Below, piece after piece: positions 11,017 to 19,688 of a stretch of DNA of 64,000 bases; within the stretch, counting starts at the first letter, position 1, and each line of letters starts with the position of its first letter. Under the pieces are notes generated by a model that did not search any database, was not told where the DNA came from, and saw nothing but the letters and a program-made list of their open reading frames with translations. Where the stretch lies: assembly GCA_000092065.1 (NCBI GenBank), contig CP000590.1; one strand, written 5' to 3'. The stretch comes from Ostreococcus lucimarinus (lineage: Eukaryota). The position numbers were made by a program, and so were the translations under genes.

Positions 11017-11541
11017 TCAGAACAGCAACTCGTCCAAAGTCTCTGTAATCGTGCACGCCCCCGGCTCGTACCGCGCAAACTCAAACGCGCTTCCATCATC
11101 CGCTAACGCCTCGATCGCTTCCAGCAACCCCTCAGGCACGCACCACCGCAAGCACTTCCTTTCCCCGAGCTCCTCCGCGAGCTCGCGTTGATGATTATCC
11201 ATCAGCGTCTCGTTCACCACGACCAACAGCGGCCGTCTCGCGCGCAGCGTCTCGAACACCGACCCAGCTCCCGCGTGCGAGATCACCAGCGCCGCCCGCG
11301 CGATCTCACGATCGATGCTCGGTAAGTAGTCGACTATTTCGACGTCGAACGCGCGCGCGTTCGCGATGCGTCGAGGACGGTAGGCGCCGCGTCCGATTTG
11401 CATCGTTAATCCAGTAAAGCCTTTACGAACGAGCGCGTCGACGATTCGAGGGTCGTCCATCGCGCGCGCGAGGGCGTCGAACGACGTCGTGCCGACGGTG
11501 ACGAACACGCGACGCGACGGGGGTTTGGCGCGAGGGGGCAT
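11017..11541 (-). CDS. ALG13: UDP-GlcNAc transferase subunit ALG13 (glycosyltransferase family 28 C-terminal domain)
   Basis: VFVTVGTTSFDAL...VISHAGAGSVFE...NHQRELAEEL, a domain of about 170 aa. Confidence 0.75.
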   Translation of the reverse strand: MPPRAKPPSRRVFVTVGTTSFDALARAMDDPRIVDALVRKGFTGLTMQIGRGAYRPRRIANARAFDVEIVDYLPSIDREIARAALVISHAGAGSVFETLRARRPLLVVVNETLMDNHQRELAEELGERKCLRWCVPEGLLEAIEALADDGSAFEFARYEPGACTITETLDELLF

Positions 11542-11701
11542 GTCGCGCGCGGCGGCGCGGCGCGCTTCTGGCTGTGCGGTCGGTTACAACGTAACCGAAC
11601 GTTTCGTCGTGACGGCGCCGCGTCAAATAATGTGTCTAATAGCGTGTCAAATAGCGTACCAAACAAGGAATCATCATCCATGCCGAGCGCGCGGGCGTGG
11701 A

Positions 11702-12590
11702 TCAGTCGGAGATGAGAATCACGTCGGCGTCTCGGTCGAGTTTCTGCTGCTTCGCGCGGCGCGCGTTCTCTTCTTCGTCTTCGTCTTCGTTTTCGCCTTC
11801 GTCGTCGTCGTCTTCTCGCTTGTGCAGAGAAAGGTGAATCATGCAGTGATCGGAATCCATGAAACAAGACATAGGCATCGATTGTGCCGTGGTGTCGTCG
11901 AATCGATCGGTGGAGGTTTCGCACGACTTGATGCGCGCGACCAACTTACGCGGCACGACGAAGTAGTCTAATCGCATGCCCTGCCAACCGTCCAAACCTT
12001 GACCTCGCGTAGAACGCCAAGTGTACGTCAAACGATCGCCGTTAAAGGCGCGATAAGTGTCCACCATATCCGTCGCGGCTAAAATGTCGGTGAATCGTCG
12101 GCGTTCCGGGAGCGTAAAACCGCCCACCCCCTCGAAGAGCCGTGGACTCGGTCCGACGTCATGATCCTGGTGTGCCACGTTCAAATCACCCATCCACACC
12201 ACATCCTTCTTCCCTCTGTAGTTTTCCAGAAACCTTTGAACTCGAAAGTCCCACAGCGCGCGCTTTTCGTACCGCTCGGCGTTGCTCCCGTTGTGCGGCA
12301 CGTACGTGTTCAACACAATCATCTTTTCGTATTCGAGCATCAGCACTCGCCCTTCGTTCGTGTCGATTTCATCGGGCGTCACGTCCCGCCCATCGAGCGC
12401 CAACGTCCTGGCGACTCGAATCGGTTTCGCCAAACATTTCTTCACCATCGTGATGACGCCGGCGCGCCGCGCGTTCGCCAAACAATAATACGCGTCGTAA
12501 TTCTTAAACGGCCGTCGCCCCATCAGTGCCTCGATGAATGCCTTCTCGTCTCGTAACTTTTTATCCTCAGCCCCCATCTTCGCGTGATCC
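11702..12590 (-). CDS. AP endonuclease/exonuclease III family (APE1/ARP-like), 3' exon; acceptor cgcgcag at 12591-12593
   Basis: ...NTYVPHNG...WMGDLNVAHQDHD...TYTWRS...MRLDYFVV...DSDHCMIHLSL, the ExoIII/APE catalytic core. The frame differs from the 5' exon ORF. GACTGAC branch motif at about 12617-12623. Confidence 0.8.
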
Positions 12591-12682
12591 CTGCGCGTTT
12601 CGATCGAATCACCGTCAGTCCTTCGTCTCGCGCGTCTCGCGCGTCGCCGACGAATCAAAGCACATCGAATCGAATCTCGCAC

Positions 12683-13026
12683 CATTTGCCCGTTCCCTTT
12701 CCCATCTCCTCGCACTTCAGCCACACCTCCTGCAACGCTATCACGTCCGGTCGTTTTCGCATCACGTTTTCGCTCAGCGCGAGCAGCGCACGCGTGCGTC
12801 GTCCGTTCGGGTCGCTCTTGTCTCTGATTCTGTTGAGCAATCCGTTCGCGTTCCACGACGCGAACGACAGCGGCTCGGACGCGTCCTCGACCGTGAACGC
12901 CTCCGTCATCGCCATGAGTTCGCGCTCGAGCGCGCTCGCGCCCGACGTCGACGCGTCGCCCATGTCGAGTTTAATCGACGCTCGCGGCGAAGTGTCGTCA
13001 CTTTTCGACGGCGTTTCGCGCGCCAT
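12683..13026 (-). CDS. AP endonuclease, 5' exon (N-terminal SWNANG...PDVIALQE segment). The donor is ambiguous: GTGCGA at 12715 or at 12682 (minus coordinates), giving an intron of 125 or 92 nt.
   Basis: LSFASWNANGLLNRI...RPDVIALQEVW is the ExoIII N-terminal motif, in a different frame from 11702..12856. This ORF stops at 12655, so a splice (or frameshift) is required. Start is ATG 13026 or 12963. Confidence 0.6.
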
Positions 13027-14077
13027 GACGCTCTACGGCGCGTTCATGGCGCTCGTCGAGCGCAACGCGGTGCCAGACGTCGTGCTGCGCGCGGGAATAC
13101 GCCGTAACCTGCGCGTGAAGTGCCTGAAAACGTTCGCGAACGTCGAAGATGAGCTGCGATGCGAGCAGGATTTCATCGAGGATTTGCGCCGACGGGAAAC
13201 GATCGCGATCGAGACGGACAAGGCGAACGAACAGCACTACGAGGTGCCGACGTCGTTTTACGAGCTCTGCCTCGGGTCTAAGAAGAAGTACTCGTGCTGC
13301 TTGTACGAGGACGCGAGGACGACGCTGGACGACGCCGAGACGGCGATGCTGGAAAAGTATTGCGAGCGAGGCGAATTGAAAGACGGGATGGCCGTGCTCG
13401 AGCTCGGGTGCGGATGGGGGTCGCTGTCGCTGTATCTCGCGGAAAAGTACCCGAAATCGAAGATCTGTGGGGTGAGCAACAGTAAGACGCAAAAAGAGTT
13501 TATCGACGGCGAGGCGGCGAAACGAGGGCTGACGAATTTGGAAATCGTCACGCAAGACGTGAATAAGTTTGAACCGCCGGGAGGGTTGGGGTCGTACGAT
13601 CGAATCGTTTCCATCGAAATGTTTGAGCACATGAAGAATTACGACACGCTGTTCCAGCGGTGCGAGACGTGGTTGAAACCGGGTGGGTGCATGTTCGTCC
13701 ATATATTTTGCCACAAGACGTACCCGTTTCACTACGACGTCGAGGACGAGAGCGATTGGATGTCCAAGTATTTTTTCACCGGTGGCACGATGCCGACGGA
13801 TAGGATGTTTGCGTACTTTGCGCGAAAGTTGCACTTAAAGCGACAGTGGCGCGTGAATGGAAAGCATTATTCGAGGACGTGCGAGGATTGGCTCCGAAAT
13901 CTCGACAAAAACTATAAAAAAGCGGCGCCGATTTTGGACGAAACGTACGGCAAACAAAATCGCACGAAGTGGTACGTGTATTGGAGGTTGTTCTTTCTCA
14001 GCTGTTCCGAGCTCTTCAATTACAACGACGGCAATGAGTGGTACGTCGGGCACTATTTGTTCGAGAAGCTCGCGTGA
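13025..14077 (+). CDS. Cyclopropane-fatty-acyl-phospholipid synthase-like SAM-dependent methyltransferase (CFAS/coclaurine-N-MT family). Alternative starts at 12914 or 12962; the track ORF from 12584 overlaps the divergent APE gene.
   Basis: VLELGCGWGSLSLYLAEKY...DRIVSIEMFEHMKNYDTLFQRCETWLKPGG...YFFTGGTMP...YWRLFFLSCSELF, diagnostic of the CFA-synthase family. Confidence 0.75.
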   Translation: MTLYGAFMALVERNAVPDVVLRAGIRRNLRVKCLKTFANVEDELRCEQDFIEDLRRRETIAIETDKANEQHYEVPTSFYELCLGSKKKYSCCLYEDARTTLDDAETAMLEKYCERGELKDGMAVLELGCGWGSLSLYLAEKYPKSKICGVSNSKTQKEFIDGEAAKRGLTNLEIVTQDVNKFEPPGGLGSYDRIVSIEMFEHMKNYDTLFQRCETWLKPGGCMFVHIFCHKTYPFHYDVEDESDWMSKYFFTGGTMPTDRMFAYFARKLHLKRQWRVNGKHYSRTCEDWLRNLDKNYKKAAPILDETYGKQNRTKWYVYWRLFFLSCSELFNYNDGNEWYVGHYLFEKLA

Positions 14078-14140
14078 GACGACGACGCCGCGGCGTCTTT
14101 CATTTAATATTTCACAGTTTTACAACACAGCTGTACAACA

Positions 14141-15183
14141 CTAGCCCCCTTCGCGATTGATCTCCGCGAGCTCGGCACGAATCATATCTTGAATCGTCTG
14201 CGCGCCCTTACTCTTGACGTTCATCGTGAACGACGATTCGTCGTCCCAATCTTCGTCTTCGTCTTCGTCGTCCCATTCGTCTTCGTCGCCGTCGCTCGCG
14301 TCGCTCGTCGGCTTCTTCGCGCCCTCCTTCTTCTTTGGACGAGACTTCCCCATCGCCAAGCCTTTAGCCTCGTACTTTGCGTCTTTGACAGATTTTGCCT
14401 TTTCTCGCCGCTTCGCCTTCTTGCGCTCCTCGTTCCGCTCGCGACGGTAGACGATTAAACTGCTCACGAATTTGAGCACCTCGTCGCGACCCTCCGCGGT
14501 GACGCTGCTCGTGGAAATCATCGACGGCAAGCGATGCCACTTCTCGTCCAACTTGCGCCGCAGCGCCGCTTTGTTTTCATCCACGCTCGGCATCCCGGGT
14601 TTGTCTCGATCACACTTCGTGAACACGATCGTGAACGGCGTCTCGTGTTCGATGAGCCAATTCGCGTATCGCTCGTCGTTCTCCGTCGGCGGCACGCTCG
14701 CGTCCACCAACAAAAGCACCCCCGCGAGATTTTCCCTGCGCACGAAGTAATCCTTCGTGAACGCGTCCCATCGCTCGATCGCCTCCGCGTCCGCCTTCGC
14801 GTATCCGTACCCCGGCAAATCCACCAACCGCCACTTTTTATCCACTAAATAATGATTCATGCTCACCGTCGTCCCCGGCTTCGCGCTCACCGCCGCCGCG
14901 CCCGCGCCGAACGTGATCGAATTCAACAGCGACGACTTCCCCACGTTCGACCTTCCGATGAGCGCGATTTCCGGCAATCCATCGCTCGCCGGCGCATCGC
15001 TCGCGTCCTCGCTCGAGCTTTCGAACGCCACCTTCGCCATCTTCTTCTCCCGCGTCAGCTTTTCGTTCGGCGGCGGCAGCGTCTGCGCGCGCGCGCCCAC
15101 GCGCAGCACCGGTCGCGCGTCTCGCCGTCCCAGCGGCGCCGTCGGATCGAACCCGGCCACGAACACCGCGCCTTCCCTCGCGC

Positions 15184-15230
<47 letters not shown>

Positions 15231-15364
15231 CGTCCGCGCCCACCGCGTCCCGGCGGCGCCGCGCGCCCGCGTCCACCGCGTCCACCGCGCGCGCCGCTCG
15301 CCCGCGCGCGCGGCGCCGCGAATCCTCGACGCATCGCGCGCGTCGTCGTCGCGCGCGTCGCCAT
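14141..15364 (-). CDS. engB: Ribosome-biogenesis GTPase EngB/YihA (YsxC) with an organellar presequence, a poly-Thr tract and a KE-rich acidic C-terminal tail
   Basis: G1 motif GRSNVGKSSLLNSIT; DLPGYGYA; TKCD. Poly-Thr is encoded by (ACG)n at about 15183-15235. A minus-strand TGTAA lies about 30 nt past the stop. Confidence 0.8.
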
Positions 15365-15621
15365 CGCGACGCGTCGACGTGTGCGCGCTCGCGCGAACGA
15401 TCGATCGTCCGCATTCCGCGCGCGCGGCGACGCGCGGCCGACCGTCGCGTCGTCGCGCGCGACGCCGCGTCGACCGCGCGCGCGCGAGGGTCGACGCGAA
15501 AAAAATTCGCGCGCGCGACGCGGCGACGCGGCGTCGCGTCGCGCGTCGCGTCGCGGCGCGGACGCCGCTCGAGCGTCGCGCGCGCGGCGGACCGCGACAC
15601 AACGACGCGCGACGGGCGTCG

Positions 15622-15768
15622 ATGGGGAAGCGCGCGGCGCCCGACGCGACGACGGGCGACGCGGAGAGCCGACGGGTCGAGCGCGAGGCGAAGTGTCGCG
15701 GGACGGTCGAGGCGCTGAACGCGCAGTTCGCGGCGTGGATCGCGCGACGCGCGATCGAATCGCCGATC
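15622..15768 (+). CDS. Nup50/Nup2-like nucleoporin, exon 1 (phase-0 donor GTGAGT at 15769)
   Basis: MGKRAAPD... N-terminus resembles the NUP50 importin-alpha binding region. The frame closes 49 codons before GTGAGT. Confidence 0.55.
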
Positions 15769-15953
15769 GTGAGTTGGCGTCGAGGGTGCGAGGATTACTT
15801 GAAACATCTCGATCGCGTCAAGGTGCGCGAACGCCCGGGCGATGCGATGCGCGCGCGCGAGTTTTTGCTCGCGACGAGGCGACGCGCGACGCGACGAGGC
15901 GACGCGTCGACGCGAACGTGAGGACTGAATGAATGAGACGACGACGCGCGCAG

Positions 15954-16679
15954 GTTGATTTCGGCGACGTGTTGGAACGCGTCGAGGACGAGAACGACGG
16001 AGAGACGACGAAGGCGACGACGACGGCGAGCGATGGGCGCGTGGACGCGAAGGGGAGCGTGAATCCGTTCGGGGGGGGCGCGGTGGCGGCGGTGCCGGCG
16101 GCGGGATCGATTTTTGGGAGTTTGCCGACGGCGCCGGGATCGACGTTTGGCGCGCCGTTCGGCGGCGGCGGGGGGCTGTTCGGCGGTGGGACGGCGCCGG
16201 GCGCGGGGACGGCGGCGGACGACGAGGACGAGGATGAGCCCGCGCGACCGAGCTCGCCGTCGTATCAGGCCAACGAGGCGGTGGAGGACGAGAAAGAGGT
16301 GGTGCTCTTGCGCGTCGGCAAGGTGAAATTTCACACGAAGAAGGACGCCGGGGATAAAAATTGGGCCGATCGCGGGGTGAATAGCTTTGAGTTTAGACGC
16401 GAAAAGGCGCCGAGCGAGGGCGACGTGAAGCGCTGTAGGTTGCTGATGCGAAACACCATCGGTAAAGCGGTGTTAAACGCGGGTTTGTACCCGAAAATGT
16501 CCTCGCAATTGACTGAAAAGAAGATGAAGGATGGGAGCGCCGTTCAAAACGGCTTGATCGCCACCGTGTTCAACGCCGAGGAAGAAAACCAAAAAGTCAT
16601 GGTTTATTTACGTTTCGGCAAGGAGAGCGACGCGAAAGAGTTACACAAGCTCATCTCCGAAAACGTGGCGACGCTTTAG
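15954..16679 (+). CDS. Nup50/Nup2-like nucleoporin, exon 2: FG/GG repeats plus a C-terminal Ran-binding domain. Intron 15769..15953 (185 nt, cgcgcag acceptor).
   Basis: FGGG...FGSLPTAPGSTFGAPFGGGGGLFGG repeats, then RanBD KEVVLLRVGKVKFHTK...NSFEFRRE...KRCRLLMRN...NQKVMVYLRFGKESDAKEL. The splice joins ...ESPI|VDFGDV... in frame. Confidence 0.65.
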   Translation, partial: VDFGDVLERVEDENDGETTKATTTASDGRVDAKGSVNPFGGGAVAAVPAAGSIFGSLPTAPGSTFGAPFGGGGGLFGGGTAPGAGTAADDEDEDEPARPSSPSYQANEAVEDEKEVVLLRVGKVKFHTKKDAGDKNWADRGVNSFEFRREKAPSEGDVKRCRLLMRNTIGKAVLNAGLYPKMSSQLTEKKMKDGSAVQNGLIATVFNAEEENQKVMVYLRFGKESDAKELHKLISENVATL

Positions 16680-16755
16680 CAAACATAATTATTGAACCGC
16701 GTGCTTCGCAATTAATTACAAGAGAAATCGAGCGACGACGTCAATCGAAACTCAA

Positions 16756-17619
16756 TTAATCCCCCTCTCGGCGCCCACCGCCCCAACTCGTGAGCTCCTC
16801 GACCTCCTCCCACGCGATCGCGCACGCCTCTCTCGTCGCCCCGCTCGCGCACAGTTCGATCGCGCGCGCCACCGCCGCCTCCACCGCGCTCCGCCTCGCC
16901 GCGCTCGGATCCGCCTCGCCGCTCGTCGCCGCGTCTCCGTCCTCCTCTCTCGCCATCAACCGTCCGCGCGCCTCGAGCGTGCCCTCCGCCACCGTGCACT
17001 CCCCCAACCCTCGACACGGCAGCGATCCCATGAGCGGATCCTTCGCTAATCGTTCGCGCATCTCCTTCGCCTTGGCCCGTTTCGCCGCCTCCTCCGCCTT
17101 CGTCGTCTTCCCGCGCGCGTTCAAATCCAAATCCTCCCCCTCTCCGCGCGTTCGCACCCCCGCTCGAGACGCCGCGTCTCGCACCTCCGCCACCTCTTCC
17201 CACGCCGTCACGCAGCTCGCGCTCGCCGTCCCCTCTTCCTCGCACGACGCCTTCGCGCGTTCCACGGCTTCGCGTAAAATCATCTCCAGTCGTCCCCTCC
17301 GCGCGTCGTCCCTCGCCGTCGTCGCCGCGTCCTCGTCCGCTCGCGTCGCGCCGTACAGCGTCTCCAGCGCCACCGCCGCGATCTTCGCCTGCGCCGCGCT
17401 CAGCTCGACGCGCCGCTCGACGCGCGCGCCGTCGTCGTCGTCGCGGGACGTCGCGTCGGCTTTGAAATCGTCGAAATCATCGTCTTCGCGCGCGCCTCGC
17501 GCTCGACCCGTCGCGCGTCGCGCTCGACGGCTCGCGCGCGACGCGCGGGAAGGGCGCGCGAACGACCTCGAGCGCTGATTCGGCGCCCGCACCGCCGCGG
17601 GCGTCGCGAGACGCGTCAT
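16756..17619 (-). CDS. CP12-domain-like protein with two Cys-pair/AWEEVEEL motifs and a chloroplast-type presequence. The track ORF extends to 18264 but its 5' portion is Arg-rich shadow.
   Basis: CEEEGTASASCVTAWEEVAEV and CASGATREACAIAWEEVEELTSW match the CP12 N-terminal motif C-x8-C-AVAWDTVEEL. There is an extra PCRGLGEC pair between them. MTRLATPAAVRAPNQRSRS... is transit-peptide-like. Confidence 0.5.
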   Translation of the reverse strand: MTRLATPAAVRAPNQRSRSFARPSRASRASRRARRATGRARGAREDDDFDDFKADATSRDDDDGARVERRVELSAAQAKIAAVALETLYGATRADEDAATTARDDARRGRLEMILREAVERAKASCEEEGTASASCVTAWEEVAEVRDAASRAGVRTRGEGEDLDLNARGKTTKAEEAAKRAKAKEMRERLAKDPLMGSLPCRGLGECTVAEGTLEARGRLMAREEDGDAATSGEADPSAARRSAVEAAVARAIELCASGATREACAIAWEEVEELTSWGGGRREGD

Positions 17620-18062
17620 GAGACGCGGCCGGTGCGGCGCGGAGTGCCGCACATCGCCGCGCCGCGACGCGCATGCCGTGCGCGCACTGCGAGCGCATCG
17701 CGCGCGTCGCGGACGACGCGCTCCGCGACGCCGCGCGCGCGCTGCGAGCGACGACGCGCGAGCGCGACGCGCTGGCGCGAGAGCTCGCGCGCGCGCGCGA
17801 GACGGTGACGGAGACGCAGCGCGCGGCGAACGACGCGCTCGTCGCCGCGCTCGAGGCGGCGACGAGGCGCGGAGGCGCGGAGGCGTTCGCGCGCGATCGG
17901 GGGAGCGAGACGAAGGCGCGCGGCGTTCGGGCGGTGTTCGACGACGTCGGGCCGGTGCCGACGACGCCGACGGGACGCGACGGGCGACGGAACGAGTAGA
18001 GAGGGAACGGGCGTCGTCGATGCGATGCGTCGCGTCGGTAGCGTGTATTATTATTATTAGAT

Positions 18063-19097
18063 TTATCGCGGTGCGCCGTCGGTGGACGTCGGCGCGTCGT
18101 CGTCGTCGTCGGCGGTCGGCGACGCGTCTTCGTCTTCGTCTTCGTCTTCGTCTTCGTCTCGCGCGCGCTCGGCGTCTTTGATTTTCGCGTCCGCCTCGTT
18201 CGATCGATTCGCGATTTTCACCACCTTGCGCGCGGGCACGACGGCTTCTATGGCTTCGCCCCAATCGCCGCGCTCGAGAAACGACGTCAAGACGTCCGCC
18301 GTTTGGTTCACGGTGAGCACGGGCGCGCCGCGCGTCTCGAGAAACTCGCCGATCGGCAACCGCGCGTGTTCGACGCCCAATTCCCGAGCCTTGCGCAGCG
18401 TCAGCCCTTTGTGTCGATTACGATCGATGAACCCACCGATGACGTACGTCTTCCCCGCCTCTATCTCGCGCAGTTCGCGCTCGCTATCGGCGGTGAGATA
18501 CACGAGCGACTTCGCCGTCGTCTCGCTCTCCGCCGCCGTCTCCCTCAACGTCTTCCCCAACCGCACGACGTGCCAATTCTCCCACCCCGCGTTCATCCTT
18601 CCCATCTGTTCCTCGAACGCTTCGCTCATTCGCGTGAAGCTCATCTTAAACGGCGCCGTCGTCTTACAATTCCTCTCGTACGCCGCGCGCAACTGTTTCA
18701 TCAAGCTCCCCCACCGCTCGCGTTCCATCGTCGTCGTCAGATCCTCGTCGCAATCGATCGTCAATCCGTACGCCGACGAGAGCTGCGCCCGTCGCCTTTC
18801 CTTCCTCTCCGCCGTCTCGCGTCGTCGCGCCTCGATCCTCGCGCCGCGCTCGACGAAAAACGCGTCCCGCGCCTCGCTCGACATCGCGTTCACTTTGGAG
18901 TGAAACGCCGCCTTGGTCGACGCCGCGACGTCGGCTTTGCGCCTCTTCGCCTCGGCGCGCTTCGCGAGCTTGGCGTCGCATCGTCGCTGTCGCTTGAGCC
19001 GCTTTTTCATCGCGCGCTTGCTCTCGGCGCGCCGGACGACGTCGCCATCGTCGCCGTCGTCGCGGGTCGCCATGACGCGCGCGCCGCGCTCTATCAC
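18063..19097 (-). CDS. TRM10: tRNA (guanine9-N1)-methyltransferase TRM10 (SPOUT class); alternative start 19073
   Basis: GKTYVIGGFIDRNRHKGLTLRKARELGVEHARLPIGEFL...VLTVNQ... matches the TRM10/RG9MTD catalytic domain. Confidence 0.75.
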   Translation of the reverse strand: MIERGARVMATRDDGDDGDVVRRAESKRAMKKRLKRQRRCDAKLAKRAEAKRRKADVAASTKAAFHSKVNAMSSEARDAFFVERGARIEARRRETAERKERRRAQLSSAYGLTIDCDEDLTTTMERERWGSLMKQLRAAYERNCKTTAPFKMSFTRMSEAFEEQMGRMNAGWENWHVVRLGKTLRETAAESETTAKSLVYLTADSERELREIEAGKTYVIGGFIDRNRHKGLTLRKARELGVEHARLPIGEFLETRGAPVLTVNQTADVLTSFLERGDWGEAIEAVVPARKVVKIANRSNEADAKIKDAERARDEDEDEDEDEDASPTADDDDDAPTSTDGAPR

Positions 19098-19193
19098 CGT
19101 CGTTTTCGCTCTACATCCGTCGGCGGACGATAACCCTAAATCAGAAGGAGATTATTTGTTACACAAAATTGTTCACGACTACGACGCGAAGAC

Positions 19194-19201
19194 ATATAAA
19201 T
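19194..19201 (+). promoter_or_regulatory. TATA box TATAAATA in the divergent TRM10 / metallothionein-like promoter, about 120 bp upstream of ATG 19322
   Basis: acaTATAAATAgagcgctc read directly in the sequence. Confidence 0.45.
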
Positions 19202-19321
19202 AGAGCGCTCAAGACTTGGTAAACGACCGTCCGCGCCCCGAAACGCGGCGTCACACGCGCGCGCGGGACCACTCGCGAGCGAACGAACGAACGAGCGACA
19301 CGTTTCAAATTTCTTTTCTTC

Positions 19322-19477
19322 ATGGCGTGCGATAAGTGCGGCGACGCGTGCGCGTGCGGCCCGGGTGCGTGCGCGTGCGCGAGCGCGCTGACGTGTCATG
19401 CGTGCGGGCACAAGAGTTGCGGCTGCGCGCGATGTAGATGCGCGTGCGATTCGTGCCAGTGCCAGACGAAGAAGTGA
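19322..19477 (+). CDS. Metallothionein-like cysteine-rich small protein (51 aa, 16 Cys). Not in the ORF track because it is below the length cut-off.
   Basis: atg gcg tgc gat aag tgc ggc ... tga translates to MACDKCGDACACGPGACACASALTCHACGHKSCGCARCRCACDSCQCQTKK with CxC and CxxC clusters. TATA box about 120 bp upstream. Confidence 0.6.
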   Translation: MACDKCGDACACGPGACACASALTCHACGHKSCGCARCRCACDSCQCQTKK

Positions 19478-19534
19478 TGATTGCGTCACTTTTTTCGTCG
19501 GCGCATTCCGCCGCGCGCGCTCGGGGCGCGAGTT

Positions 19535-19590
19535 CCGAGGGCGACCGCGGAGGATGCGACCGAGGGCGACCGCGGAGGATGCGACCGAGG
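19535..19590. repeat. 25-bp tandem duplication (ccgagggcgaccgcggaggatgcga x 2.2) in the 3' region of the metallothionein-like gene
   Basis: Two perfect copies plus a partial third. Confidence 0.85.
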
Positions 19591-19688
19591 GGAAGGATGA
19601 AAGTTACCGTGGCAACACTCAATAGCAGTGCTTTTCAATCAATCAATACACGATTTTCCACTGAAACAACTTTTTAATGAATAATACT

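Noticed and set aside
15183-15240. (CGT/ACG)n trinucleotide tract that might be a microsatellite or regulatory repeat
   Set aside because: It lies inside the EngB coding frame and simply encodes the poly-Thr linker between the presequence and the GTPase domain. I noted it but it is not an independent feature.
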